A stretch of 64,000 bases of DNA from contig OZ024757.1 of assembly GCA_964016885.1 (NCBI GenBank), positions 17,236,001-17,300,000 on the forward strand. Reading direction: 5' to 3'. Shown piece by piece: positions 40,906 to 55,287 of the stretch. Position 1 is the stretch's first letter. Every line of letters starts with the position of its first letter. Source of the DNA: Eledone cirrhosa. Taxonomy: Eukaryota. The notes under the pieces were generated by a model that saw only the letters and a program-made list of their open reading frames with translations, was not told the origin of the DNA and did no database searches. The position numbers were made by a program, and so were the translations under genes.

Positions 40906-43837
40906 CTGGAATATACAGAGAGAATGACAGAATTAGGGAATGACAGAGTTAGGGAATGGTAGAATAAGGGAATGGTAGGCTTAGTGACAGAATGAAAGAA
41001 TCGGAGATTTGGAGAATGACAAAACCACCAAATAATGGAATGAGAGAATGTTGGATTTACAGATTTACAAATTTATTATATAATCTTACATACATATATC
41101 ACATACATACCACACACTACACACCATGCACATAAATATACCACACACATACCTCACACACTACACACCATGTACATACATATACCAAATACATACACAT
41201 ACCACACATGCAAATACTTAAACATATACGTACACACATACACCGCACACATCACAATATACAGATACATGCACTACACACATACATATACATACACGAC
41301 ACAGTACACATACGTACACCACACTACGTCTACACATACACACACCACACTATGACTATATACACATACATACACCACACATACGTACAGCACAGTACGA
41401 CCACACATACACATACGTACAGCCCACTACGACCAGACATACACATACATACAACACTACGATGACACATACGTTCAGCACACAACGACCGCACATACAT
41501 ATATATTTGGATATACACACCACCATCATACCCGAGTAAAACTGAAAGGAGACATTGGTTTGAAGACAAAAACTATTTTTATAACCATTTTTCGTATATT
41601 TAAAGAATCATTGAAATCAAGGGAGATAATTGAAATGTAACGTACAGAGTCACGTCCCTTCGCACAGCTCCATTTTGTTGTCACTAAATGCACACACACA
41701 CACAGACGTACGCAAACAGAGATATGCACACATACACAAAGATATACAGTAAAAGAGACATATATATAAACAGACAAATACACACAGGCATACATGCACA
41801 TACAGACATACACAAACACGCACGCAGACAGATAAACACACACAGGCTTACGTACATTCAGAGACATACAGAAATACACTCACGGACAGACGAACACACA
41901 CACAAGCATACCTACGCACACAGATACATATAAGCACGCACAAACACGTTGATTTATATGTTAGGTAATATATTTCAGTCCACCCTTAAGTTACGTCCAG
42001 TATGTGGACAGAGAGAACAAAGATTCAAATCTAACAAAAGAGAGAGAGAACAAAGATTCAAATCTAACAAAAGAGACACACAGCTTGTTATTTAATGTTG
42101 CTTCTTATGCTCGGGGGGTGCAGAAGTTCGAATGTCACTGGACCGAGATCTTTGGCGCTACGCAGTAATACAGAAGACCCGCCTTGCCTATGTACAAAGC
42201 GAAAGCTACAGTAAGTAGATACCTCTTAACCAAATATACACCCCAATCCACTACCCCTACCCTATCCTTCCACTCCCACCAACACCACCCTCTCTCTGTA
42301 AGGTTGGTACCACAACATCCAGTCCAAATAAATGAGATAATGAGATCGAGATCATGTAGAGGTGTCACGACAAAAAAAAAACACGCAGTCCACGTTGTAA
42401 TGTGGTCGTGTAGGTAACACGGTAAAAAGTTCCCAGTTCCACACTGTAAATGTGGTTGGTGTTAGGAAGGGCATCCAGCCGTAGAAAACCTGCCAGACAG
42501 TCCTATATGAGCGAGGCACGGTCACCCGACCAACCTTGCCTCAAGTGGGACAACTCCCGTCTAATCCATGCTAGCGTGGAAGATGATGATGATGGGGTCT
42601 TGGGTTCGATCCCATCGTATGTGTAGCCACAGGTTGACCCAAGCCTTGTGTGAAATCTGGTAGACAGAAACTGTTTGGAAGCCCATTAGATGAATGGACA
42701 ACTGTACCAGTAATTCAATGGACCAGCTTTGTTACACATTCTGTCCTACTGAATCTCCCTGAGAATTACATTCAGGGTACATGTGGAAAGTGTTCTTTTC
42801 CATAGCCTCAGGTTGACCTCTGCCTTGTGAATGAAATCTGGTAGACAGCGACTGTTTAGAAGCCTGTTGGGTGGACTGTATCTGTAATTCAACAGGCCAG
42901 CCTTGTCACACACTGTGTAATGGTGAATCTCCCTGAGAACTACGTTAACTGTACACAGGTCTGTGGCTATACCCCATACTCGAAGCCATTAGATGGCCTT
43001 TACCTGTAATTCAAAGGAATAGCCTTGTCATGCTGAATCTCCCTGAGAACTATGTTAAGGGACCTATAAATAACTGAAGGTAACATCTCTACATTATTGT
43101 TATCACATTTTTAATACTTCGTGATTGATTCACTTTGTGCTAGCTGTCACATAAAACACTATATTCTATACTTTACAGAATCCTTCAAGCAAACTACAAC
43201 ACCAACACCCTCTTAACTTAAACATTCTATTGAGTGTGTTTACACAGTCAGCAGAATACCTTACTCTTTCACTTTATTAATTTACTTAGAGTACAAAGAT
43301 TAAGCACGCATTTTTTTTTTATTGTAAACAGTTTTCAGAATTTGAAAAACTAGTTTTTCATTTTTGTTTTGTTGGAAATGAATGGAAACTTAAGAAATAT
43401 TTCTGTAATGTATTTCAAAATAAAATTATGCCTGATGTTTTAAGAAGTGACTAAAAGTCTTGATGTCAGGGAAGACTACATGGTTACACTATATCCCAAC
43501 ATGTAAGATGTGACTAAAAGTGTTGGGGCAGGGAAGGGTATCTTGCTGTAAAGTATTGCTACATGGCTACACCATCTGCCTATATGTTGTAAGATGTGAC
43601 TAAAAGTGTTGGTGTCAAGGAAGGGTATCCTGCTGTAAAGTATTGCTACATGGGTACACAATATCCCTACATGTAAGAAGTGACTAAAAAAGGGTTGGGG
43701 CCAGGAAGGGCATCTTTCCACAAAACATTGCCTCAAAAAGGACCCCATTGATGTGTACAAAGCTTGTTATTGGCACCACAAGGTGATGTCATAGGAATGA
43801 TAGCCTTGATGTCATAGGAATGATAGCCTTAAAATGC

Positions 43838-44611
43838 TTGTAGTTGTCGCTGTGGTTGTTGTGTGAGTTGTTGTTGGTGCAGTTGTGGTTGTAGTGATTG
43901 TTGTATGTGTTGTTGTTGATGCAGTTGTTGTTATCGTGGTGGTGGTTGTTATGTTTGTTGTCGTTGTTGTATGTGTTGTTGTTGGTGCAGTTGTTGTTAT
44001 CGTGGTGGTGGTTGTTGTTGTATGTGTTGTTATTGATGTTGTTGTTGTAATGGTGGTGGTGGTGGTTGTTGTGCTTGTTGTAAGTGTTGTTGGTTGTTGT
44101 GCTTGTTGTAAGTGTTGTTGGTGCAGTTGTTGTTGTGTGAGTTGTTGTTGTGTTTGTTCTGTGTTGTTGGTGCAGTTGTTGTTGTTATGGAGGTGGTGGG
44201 TGTTACTTTTGTTGTTGTTGTTGTTGTTGTTACTGTATTTCAAAAAGAAAAGAAAAAAAAGTATTACGAGAGGAATTTGCCAAGTAACTACACTGACAAA
44301 GGAAGTACAAATACCAGCTTATGTAATGATATAACATAACAGCAACGACAATAACAACAATAATGATTTGAAGTCAGTGTGCTGTGAGCTGGAACAAATA
44401 TTGAGCTATGTAATGGTATACTCTAATGACTAGACCAATTCTCCTAAATATGTCCAACCAAGTAGTTATAAAAATAGCAAGCAATCCTGTTTACGAGGTG
44501 TCGAGCAAATTATGAAGTTTGAACGCACGTTAGCTTGAAGTTAAGCTGCTTCAACACAGGTTTTCTGCTGACTATGAAAAACAGTTGAACAAGTTGGATA
44601 TCATCATCAGC

Positions 44612-44643
<32 letters not shown>

Positions 44644-46207
44644 TTAACGTCTGTTAGCAAGGGTTGGACGGGTCTACATGGACCAAGTCAGTACTGAAGT
44701 GGTGGCTACTGATCGCCCCAGACAGGTCAGAGGTCGGCAGCTTGCTAACATAAAGTCATAGAGTGCAGAGGAGAAGTTGTGTCTTTGACACAAACTGAAG
44801 GATCCTCCTAACCTTTTGTTTGGCAAGCTTTCTACAACAACAACAGCAACAACATCAGGAATAGTAGCAGCAGCAACAACAATAATAGCAGTAACAACAG
44901 CAACAGCAGCAACAACAATAGCAGTAACAACAACAACAACAATAATAGCAGTAACAACAACAGCAGTAACAACAACAACAGCAACAACAACAACAATAAT
45001 AGCAGTAACAACAACAGCAACAACAATAGCATTAACAACAACAACAACAGCAACAACAACAACAATAATAGCAGTAACAACAGCAGCAACAACAATAGCA
45101 GTAACAACAGCAACAGCAACAACAACAACAATAGCAGTAACAACAACAACAGCAACAGCAACAACAACAACAATAATAGCAGTACCAACAGCAATAGCAA
45201 CATTAACAACAACAGCAGCAACAGATGCAGCAGCAGCAACAACAACAACAATAGCAGCACTAACAGCAGCAACAGAAACAATAATATCTGTCATGTGGCG
45301 TGTCTTGTGTGGAGTGTCGTATGTGGAGTGTCGTGTGTAGAGTGTCATATCTGGAGTGTGGAGTGTCGTGTGTGGAGTGTCACGTGTGGAGTGTGGAGTG
45401 TCATGTGGAGTGTCGTATGTGGAGTGTGGAGTGTCTTGTGTGTAGTGTCGTATGTGGAGTGTCGTGTGTGGAGTGTCTCGTGTGTGGTGTGGAGTGTCTC
45501 GTGTGTGGAGTGTCGTGTGTAGTGTGTGGAGTGTGGAGTGTCGTATGTGGAGTGTCTTGTGTGGAGTGTCTTGTGTGTAGTGTCGTATGTGGAGTGTCGT
45601 GTGTGGAGTGTCTCGTGTGTGGAGTGTCGTGTGTGGAGTGTCATATGTGGAGTGTCGTGTGTGGAGTGTCATATGTGGAGTGTCGTGTGTGGAGTGTGGA
45701 GTGTCGTATGTGGAGTGCCATGTGTGGAGTGTCGTGTGTGGAGTGTCGTGTGTGGAGTGTCGTGTGTGGAGTGTCATATGTGGAGTGTGGTGTGTGAATG
45801 GGACAAACAGGATGTTCTAATCTACTATACTTGACTGTGTGACATTTATCTGTCTGGGGATTGGGTGGTGTGGTGGGGTGGGGGGGGGGTGGGGGTGGGG
45901 GTCGAAGGAAGAGGAGGGGAGGAATCATTCTGTCGCTATAGTAACGGAAATGTGCATGGATATGAGTGATTGTAATATTGAACTCATACATTATCATCAT
46001 CATCATCATAACCATCACCACCATCATCATCATCACCACCATCATCATCTTCAACACCATCATCATCATCACAATCATTATCATCACAATCATCACCACC
46101 ATCACCATCATCATCAGCACCACCATCATTATCATCACAATCATCAGGACCATCATCCCCACCATCATCATCATCACCACCATCACCATCACCACCACCA
46201 TCACCAT

Positions 46208-46239
<32 letters not shown>

Positions 46240-46335
46240 TTACCACCGTCATTATCATCGCAATCATCATCATGAACATCACCACCACCACCACCATCAT
46301 CATCATGTACATCATCACCATCATCAACATCACCA
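43838..46335. repeat. Block of simple repeats: (GTT)n, (CAA/GCA)n, (GTGTGGAGTGTC..)n, (CAT/CAC)n
   Basis: 43838-44232, 44833-45282, 45295-45795 and 45990-46335; all inside CCDC105-like intron 1. Confidence 0.9.
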
Positions 46336-46456
46336 TGGCATGGAGAGGGAGGAGTAGTATGTATGGGTGACTGCTGGTCTTCCACAAAACACCCTGCCCA
46401 GACTTGTGCCTTGGAGGGGAACTTTCGAGATGTAAAGCCGATGGTCATTCATTAAT

Positions 46457-46645
46457 TGTTTCTACTATTGGCACAAGGCCAGCAAATTACCCAGTACATT
46501 ACTGGTACTTTATTTTATCGACCCCGTAAGGATGAAAGGCAAAGTTAACCTCGGCGGGATTTGAACTCAGAATGGCAAGGGCCGTAACTCTATGCGTCAA
46601 AGCATGGCGTCCGACCCTCTACCGATACTGCCAATTCACCGCCCA
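46457..46645 (-). mobile_element. Full-length young SINE with TSD
   Basis: CGATGGTCATTCATTAAT duplicated at 46439-46456 and 46648-46665. Confidence 0.85.
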
Positions 46646-47274
46646 TTCGATGGTCATTCATTAATGAAGGGCGTCTTTACTCTTTAACCATTCTTCTACA
46701 TCCATTTTACCATGTTTGCATGGACCAGATGGTTGTTTTCCAGAACACCTACCCTCCACTCAGTGTATTACTGGTGCTTTATTTTATTGACCCCGTAATG
46801 ATGAAAGACAAAGCTAACCTCGGTAGGATTTGAACTCAGAACATAAAGGGGCATAACTCTATGCGGCAAAACATGGTGTCTGACGCTCTACCAATACTGG
46901 CAAATCAGGTAAAAATACCCCTCAAGGACAGAATAATGTAGGCAGCAGCTGCTACAGTTGTTGGCAACTTTTTTTTCTATCCCTTAGGCACATTTCAAAT
47001 GTTAATGAGTAAGATTTTTAAAGTGAAAATAAAACAGGCACGAGACCCAGGGGTATATCCTGAGCAAGACGGTTGGATAACATACATGAGCTTGACTAGC
47101 CTTGCTTGGGGATACAGCTGGATTAATTGGAGACAGTTGCTTCGGACAGGACCAGCTGGAAGGCATGCTTGAGGACTCTGTATATGACCCCAAAACCTTC
47201 CCAGGAATAGGTGGGCAAAAAGGGAGGAAGAGGAGGAGAAGAAGAAGAAGAAGAAGAAGAAGTTTGTCTCTCAC

Positions 47275-47670
47275 CTTTTCTGGTTCTGGCCGAAATCTTC
47301 TGGTCAACTGACTCTCCTTGTTCGACACAATGTCCTTGCGTATGAAGTCCAGTTCCTTCTCTAGTTTCTCTTTGTACCTGGTGGTCAACACAATATCATT
47401 GTTGATCTTCACCACATGCTGTCTCAACTTCACGGTCAGTTCTCGCATCGAACGGTTGTAGGAAAGGATGGCATCGTTAGCGTGTCTGACTAGATAATCT
47501 AAGATGAAAGGTGCGGGGGCCGTCGTTTTTCTTGCAGCCACATATCTGTCACTTCTTTGAATCATATCTTGCGACACTTTAATTCCTCGCATTGACCTGT
47601 TATGCCATTCTTCAGTCCCTATCGTCAGTTCAGGCATTTTAGCTGTCGTTTTTTTAACTCTCTCCATCAT
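47275..47670 (-). CDS. CCDC105: CCDC105/TEKTL1-like tektin-related coiled-coil protein, coding exon 1
   Basis: ATG at 47670 (alternative 47637); 132 codons ending ..LEKELDFIRKDIVSNKESQLTRRFRPEPEK, a tektin-like RPxxE motif; donor AAG|GTGAGA. Family assignment is from recalled similarity, not a search. Confidence 0.8.
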
Positions 47671-47929
47671 TTTTATATTAAATTCTTTTTTCACCGGTTA
47701 AAATTTTTTAAAAATTAATTATTTTTTTGATTTTAAACTTTTACGTTTTTTTTTTCTAATAAATTAGAGCGTTTTTATATTTATATAAATTTTATATGGT
47801 AATATATAACCATGTTATTTTCCCTTTAAAAAAATGGTAAGAAAGGGTATATATATAGAGCTGGACAGTGATTTTTAATTTTTGACATGTTTTAGTGTTT
47901 AGTGTTAGTGTTTAGGGAAGTCGCGTCCG

Positions 47930-47942
47930 GTATCTTAGCAAC
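47930..47942. promoter_or_regulatory. Candidate RFX X-box upstream of the CCDC105-like gene
   Basis: GTATCTTAGCAAC has a perfect AGCAAC half-site, about 260 bp upstream of the ATG, in a small CpG-containing non-repetitive patch. Confidence 0.5.
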
Positions 47943-48816
47943 AGCTGCAATCAATAGCTCCGCAGCAAGGCTCTTCCATCAAATATCAGCACTAACACGG
48001 TAAGACTGATTCAACGAAGCAGAAGATGTGAAAATTAAATTTATTTATCGAATTTATTTGATTGAAAATTATAGTAAAAATAGTATCTTTCGTCATAAAA
48101 ATCGACTAATGGTACTTTTTTGTTTTTAGTAGATAAAAACAGCAACTAAATACTATAAAACGATAAATGAAAAACGAAATGTCAGCTTTTTAAATTATCG
48201 ATAACAATTAATTATTAATAATATTGATGTAAGTTTGCAATGGAGACGGAATAGATAAATGGTTATATATGTTTAATATATAATTATAAATAACAGTGGT
48301 GTTAATGTATCAATTGGATTGCGACACATTTCTTGTTTTAACATGCAATTACTATAGACATTCATATACACATACATAAACACACACACATACAGACGAA
48401 CGCACAGACACACACACACCCATACAGACGAACGCACAGACACACACACACACACACACACACAGATACATACACACACTAGCTTTTAATAAACACATAT
48501 ATTCATGCACAGACAGCCACACAGTCACATTCACACACACAGGCACAGTGACACTCACTCACTCACACACACACACACTAACAAATAACAAACGCCCCCA
48601 CACACACACACACATATATACATACATTTATTTATACAGGATATGTACTCTGTTAGTAAGAATGGTAAAAACAGCATAACTGAGTCATATTTGTCATCAG
48701 ACATGGCAAGTGAGGAAATGTGTGTGTGTATATATATATTTACATCATCATCGTTTCACACCTATCTTCCACGCTAGCATGGGTATATATAATATATACG
48801 TATATATAATAAATAC

Positions 48817-48876
<60 letters not shown>

Positions 48877-49171
48877 GTAATAATTGTTTCTACTTTAGGC
48901 ACAAGGCCAGCAATTACTCAGTACATTACTGGTACTTTATTTTATCGACCCCGTAAGGATGAAAGGCAAAGTAATAATAAATTTGAAGACTAAAATCCAA
49001 AGAGGGCTCGATAAGGATGAAATATATATCAAATATATAAGAACCGTAGAGCAAATATTTTAATAAATATATATATATAGAGAGAGAGAGATACAAATGA
49101 GGCTACTCAGCCGATGTGTACTTAAGAAAATACTATACATTTTCAACCGTTCAACAGATTGGCAGTGGTAT

Positions 49172-49214
49172 ACAGTCCTGATGAAGGGTAATGACCCAGA
49201 AACATGTTGATTGT
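49172..49214 (+). ncRNA. Minimal hammerhead motif (slightly degenerate)
   Basis: ACAGTC-CTGATGA-AGGGT(AATG)ACCCA-GAAA-CATG-TT-GATTGT; palindromic stem III AACATGTT; A-A mismatch at the base of stem II. Confidence 0.55.
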
Positions 49215-49469
49215 TCTTCAATACCAGTGTTGAATAAACAGGTGATGATCGGTCATCAGCATGGCACAGCTTCAAATTGGGCCATTTGTTTAGAAACGAA
49301 TCATACATTATTATTAATGTTTGACATAACCCATACGTACATATGTGTGTGTGAATATATATATACAGATATATATAAATATATGTGTGTGTGCATGTGC
49401 ATACTTACATTTATGTATCAGCTGTGACAGAGCGAGAAATAAAAATTCTTATTTTATTTTTATATATAT

Positions 49470-49945
49470 ATGTATCATCATCGTCATCATCATCATCATT
49501 ATCATCATCATCATTTTACATCCGCTTTTCCCTGATTGCAAGGGTGGGACGGGTCCTATTCAGCACAGCATCTCTCCACTTGTCACAGTCCTTCGTCATC
49601 TCCTCCGTGAGCTTCACAGATCTGAGGTCTGCTCTCACCACCTCCGCCCATGTTTTTCGTGGTCTTCTTCCACTGTGTGTTCCTTCTACTGGCATTTTTT
49701 GGCACTTCTTTACCCAGCGGTCATCCTCCATGCGCATCACATGTCCATACCATCTCAGCCTTCTCTCCTGCACACCACAACTTATCCCTTTTATACCCAG
49801 TTTCTCTTTCAACTCATCTATGCTTGGTCGTTCATGCACATTGACATTGCACATCCAACAGAGCAAGCTTGCTTCATTTCTCTCCAGCCGTCACATATCC
49901 TCTACAGTTGCTGCCCATGTCTCACTTCCATGCAGCATAACATAA
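49470..49945 (-). mobile_element. RTE LINE 3' fragment
   Basis: ORF 49516..49866 RRLRWYGHVMRMEDDRWVKKC..GRRPRKTW plus (GAT)n tail. Shorter copies lie at about 5945-6130 and 37745-37885. Confidence 0.85.
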
Positions 49946-51351
49946 AAGATTGTAGCCCATATTCAGTTAGTTCAAGTTTATTTAAAACTCCGTTATACAT
50001 ATGTCACTGAGGACTATCAGTTATGACAGCCTGAGCTCTTCAGATGGCAAAACCTAAAATAAACATGGAAAGTTCCTAATAAACCTTTAAATTTGGAAAA
50101 ATCCAATAATTTCCCCCCCAAAAGATTTTCTTTTCATGATAAGGAGGTTGGCTAAACATATGGTGTTGTTTCTTCAATGGCCAGCCGCTGTATATATATA
50201 TATATATATATATATAACGAAGGAATTGTGGTAAGGAAACAGATGAACCATAACGCACCAGAGTACTCAATACTTAAGGTAGTAGAGTGGATAATAGGAA
50301 AAGGTATGACCCCGACGGCAGAGCTTAAGCAGTTTCGACGGCTATTTCTAGAAATAGACGTCGAAACGGCTTGAACTCTGCCGTCGGGGTCATACCTTTT
50401 CCTATATATATATATACATATATATATACAAACATTAAAACAACAACAAATGTTGCGTACAGTTGGGGTACTCTTTCTTCCTTCTACTCAACCTCCACAT
50501 TCATCAGCTCCTCATAATAGCATTTCTAGGCCTCTTTTTATTGAGTGACAGCAGAGGTGTAACAGGGCAAAATGGCAAACATTGAAATTGCTTGCCTGCC
50601 CGTGCAACAAGCTATACCTGCATCAGTTGTTAGCTGTCGAGACACTGCATCCTTTAAGGCCTCCATGCTTCCCGAGATCCGCCAACAGAACAGCTAACAC
50701 ATACACACATGTACTTCCCTGACATTTGTGTATTATTCTATGTACTATATTGACGAGTTGTAGTGCACCTGAGCACTTTACACAATAATTTCATTATTAT
50801 GACATATAGTAGTTGTTAGACAATGGCATTGACAGCACAGTTTAAATAAATGAGGGTTTAGGGTATTAAACTACATTTTCATTTGTTCTACAGGTATCTC
50901 TTATGCTTAAGTATAGGTAAAGTATTGGCAAAAGTGTAACTGACACTTTTGTGGACACAATAAGAAGACATGCAATGTAAAGCTGTTGTTTAGCTTCTCT
51001 TATTGATGCATGTTGCCCTCGTATTTCCAGTTTCCCCCTGCCTGTCTCTTGCTTTTTATGGCTTTTCCACCACAAGGTCATCCTCTGTATGGCTAATTTT
51101 TTGCTCTAGCCCCAGGTTTCATCAGTAGCCTGCAGTATGTTGTCATGTAGGAACTTCGAACTGACCTCTATATCATGTGTCTAACTTCTTTTCTCTCTTC
51201 TGAGTTTTTCTGAACTTATATTTAACAGGGTGGTCCTTTAACTTCCATACTTCCCTTTTTCAGATTTCCCTGCATTTCTTGTTCCATCTTGTATTTATTC
51301 TAATATCACTAATAACTAACTTATGTTGGTGAATTCTTTTGTATTTATTAT

Positions 51352-51398
<47 letters not shown>

Positions 51399-51966
51399 AA
51401 GTTATGTTGGTCCCACAACATCCAGGCCGAAACAAATGAGATCGTGTAGGTGTCACGACAAAAAACACACAGTCCACACTGTAAATGTGGCCGTGTAGGC
51501 AACACGGTAAAAACCTCCCAGCCCCACACTGTAAATGTGGTTGGTGTTAGGAAGGGCATCCAGCTGTAGAAAACCCGCCAGACAGTCCACGCTGTAATGT
51601 GGCCGTGTAGGCAACACGGTAAAAACCTCCCAGCCCCACACTGTAAATGTGGTTGGTGTTAGGAAGGGCATCCAACTGTAGAAAACCCGCCAGACAGTCC
51701 TATGCGAGCAAGACAACCACTCTTGCCTCAAGTGGGAAAACCCCCGTCCAAACCCATGCAAGCGTGGAACACGGACGCTAAACCTGATGATGATGATGAT
51801 GATATATATATATATATGCAGAGGTTATATTTAATTTGTTGGGATTCAACAAGCTTAAAAATGTTTTATAACTGATATAAAACTCCACTATCCAGGAAGC
51901 TCCAACTGTTAAGATTGTCTTTTTTCAGGGTATGTCAATATTTCTTTATAAAACTAATCTGTATTA

Positions 51967-52032
51967 TATTTTATCTGATGAAAGCGCACCATAATTTGCC
52001 TTGGTGGCCCTTGAAATATGTATAATAAAATA
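51967..52032 (+). ncRNA. Minimal type I hammerhead ribozyme motif (Penelope pLTR type)
   Basis: TATTTTAT-CTGATGA-stem II (AAG..CACCA/TGGTG..CTT)-GAAA-TATGTA-TA-ATAAAATA; core intact. Confidence 0.65.
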
Positions 52033-52063
52033 AATATGGTTTTATAAATATAGTTTCCATTTG

Positions 52064-52118
<55 letters not shown>

Positions 52119-52276
52119 TTATATATATATATGTATATTTATATATATATATTTTTTAATTCAACTTTTAAGTTGAGCCAACTTCATATGCAAATGAGGC
52201 AAATCAGCCCACCAACATGGGCGAAAATACTAGATATTTTTGCCTGTTTTCAAGTTCCAGCAGAGCGCAGGGAAGC

Positions 52277-52320
52277 ATTGTCCTGATGAGAGCCAGTACC
52301 TCAAAATGTGCATAGACAGT
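52277..52320 (+). ncRNA. Inactivated minimal hammerhead motif
   Basis: ATTGTC-CTGATGA-GAG(CCAGTAC)CTC-AAAA-TGTGCA-TA-GACAGT; GAAA changed to AAAA, consistent with CpG decay. Confidence 0.5.
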
Positions 52321-54267
52321 TGTCCCTTGATGTTCCTGCTTGAATCCACTAGATGGCACTGGCCGTCAGCCTTTCCATATTAATAGCTGGGCTTTCAAAA
52401 TGTTTATTTATTAAACATACTGTATATCTTTAGATATACGAAATTCACATACATATATGTATACAGCTAAATTTTAATTCTCTCTCTCTCTATATATATA
52501 CAAAATACAAAGTATAAAACAATCAAATTTTTGCTTAATACATTAATGTATACAACAAATGTATTAAGCAAAAATTAGATTGTTTTATATTTTGTATCTC
52601 TGCTCTGTAATACATCTGATAATTTACATTGAGCTTTTTCTCTTACTGGTAATTGGGTAATGTTTAATACTACCCTTTCATATTTATAATTATATATAAC
52701 TCATATCATCATCATCATCATCATCATTTTACGTCCACTTTTCCCTGCTTGCAAGGATGGGACGGGAACTGATTCTGGCTTGATTTCTACAGCTGGATGC
52801 CTAACACCAACCTCATTTACAGTGAGTGCTGGGTGCTTTTTTTACCATGGCACCTCCTCGACCACTTTGCAGTCGAATGATATGGACCCCAGTTCTATCA
52901 TCTCATTTCTACAGCTGAGTAAACTGGAGCAATGTGAAATAAAGTGTCTTGCTCAAGGAAACAACACATCACCCGGTCCGAGAATTGAACTCACAACCTT
53001 TCGATTGCAAGACCAATACTCTAACCACTAAGCCATGTGCCTCCATTACATATATTAGTATAAATACATATATAAGTATAAATAATAGTATTAGCATATA
53101 TATATATGGTTCAAAATAACAGAAAACAAAAAACAAACAAACACAGAAGTAAATGTTACAAGGTATTATTAGTTTCACATTGATGAGAGTGGGGAGGAAG
53201 AACTCCGAGAAGGAGTGAGGTGGGAGTTAGCGTGGGGGTGGGGGGAATGAAAGGACGGGGGGGGGGTTTAGAAATGTGTATAGATTACTCAACAATATAT
53301 CTAATATATAAAACCATAGATCAAATATTAATGAGTATCATGCCATAAGGTCAAAATAGTCATTTAGAAGGTCACAGGAGTTGTGACAAAAGACCTTTGA
53401 CAATTAAAGAAACATCCTATTACTAAACTGACTGAGGGATTAGTTATTTGATTAGTAACTAATAATAAAACTGAAGTGAAACTCAGTTGGTGTGTTTTTA
53501 TTGGTAACATGACTCCCAAAATATAACAATATGTATTTCAACACCTGATTTCTAATCAAGAATCTTGCAAAATGAATATGAAAGCTAACACATACATACA
53601 CACATACACACACACACACATACACACACATATACATACGCACACACATACCACATAGAAGACACAAACATACACACATACATGCACCACATAACAAACA
53701 CAAGCATACACACTCACACACCACATAAAAATACAAACATACATACACACACACATACACACACACACACGACATAAAAGACACAAACATACACACATAC
53801 ACACACAAACATATATACACACACACACGTGACATAAAAGACACAGACGTACACATATACACACACACCACATAAAAGACACCAACGTACGCATACACAC
53901 ACATGCCACATAAAAGACATAAACATACACATATACACACACACATACCACATAAAAGACACACCGACATACATACACAAACCACATATAAGACACAAAT
54001 ATAACTGCATAAACAGCTAAAAATAAACTAATAAAAAATAGGTACAACTTCCCACCCCTCTACACCTCATACAACCAGGTGCGTATCTAGGGTATGGCAA
54101 GCATGGCCCATGCCATGAGCACCACATGAAGGGGGCGTTACCTGAATTAGGAGCATTTTTTCTTAAAGTCAGATAAGCTATCATCAGAGAGTGAAAAAAG
54201 AAACTTCTTCAGATGTATGATCTGTCTTTGATTATCATGGGTGAAAAACACTACGGTGGCTGGATCA

Positions 54268-54894
54268 TTAACCCTTTAATGTTCAAACCGGCCAAAACCG
54301 GCCAGAATTCTCTACCTCTTTCTGTTGAAACTGGCTGTAACTGGTCGCTAAAACTGATGTTAAGGTATTGTTCTCAAAATAAATACTTTCAAAATCTCAT
54401 AGATTCGATATAATTGTTTCTACTTTAGGCACAAGGCCAGCAAATTACCCAGTGCATTACTGGTACTTTATTTTATCGACCCCGTAAGGATGAAAGGCAA
54501 AGTCAACCTCGGCGGGATTTGAACTCAGATCGTAAAGGGACGTAACTATGCTGGAAAGCATGGCGTCCGACCCTCTACCGATACTGCCAGTCCACCGCCC
54601 TCATAGATTCGATATTATGTGAGATAATTATGTAAAGCCTTTACCATGAAAATATAATAGTATATATAAAGTAATTGTTTCTACTTTAGGCACAAGGCCA
54701 GCAATTACCTAGTGCATTACTGGTACTTTATTTTATCGACCCCGTAAGGATGAAAGGCAAAGTCAACCTCGGCGGGATTTGAACTCAGATCGTAAAGGGA
54801 CATAACTATGCTGTAAAGCATGGCGTCCGACCCTCTACCGATACTGCCAATCCACCGTAGTATATATAAAGTAATGTGAATACAAAAGGGTTAA
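54268..54894. mobile_element. TTAA MITE (opposite orientation) with two nested SINE insertions
   Basis: TTAACCCTTT..AAAGGGTTAA ends. SINE TSDs are CTCATAGATTCGATAT (54396-54411, 54600-54615) and TAGTATATATAAAGTAAT (54658-54675, 54858-54875). Confidence 0.85.
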
Positions 54895-55252
54895 ATCATT
54901 TATATAAATTATTAGGCCTCCATAGGTAAAAATACAGTGCTGGGAACTACATGACTACACAGGCATACCTCATAGTATGACTTGTCAACTGTTTTAATAG
55001 GGTTTTAATATATGTCAAAGATCAGTATTACACAGATCACTTCCTTTAAATATGCTAACAGTTTTCCCAATACTTTACGTATACTTAAGCGTAAAAGATA
55101 CCTGTAGAACAAATGAAAATGCAGTTTAATACCTTAAACCCTCATTTATTTAAAATGTGCTGTCAATCCCATTGTCTCACAACTACTATATAGCTTGCTG
55201 CATGGGCAAGGACGCAATTTCAATGTTTGCCATATATATATATGTGTGTATA

Positions 55253-55287
<35 letters not shown>

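Noticed and set aside
43812-46448. Poly-Thr, Val, Leu, His and Asp ORFs
   Set aside because: Translations of trinucleotide microsatellites inside an intron.
50875-50900. Pyrimidine tract plus CAG|GTAT resembling a recursive splice site
   Set aside because: Part of a dispersed repeat with an inverted copy at about 55060-55233; no host transcript evident.
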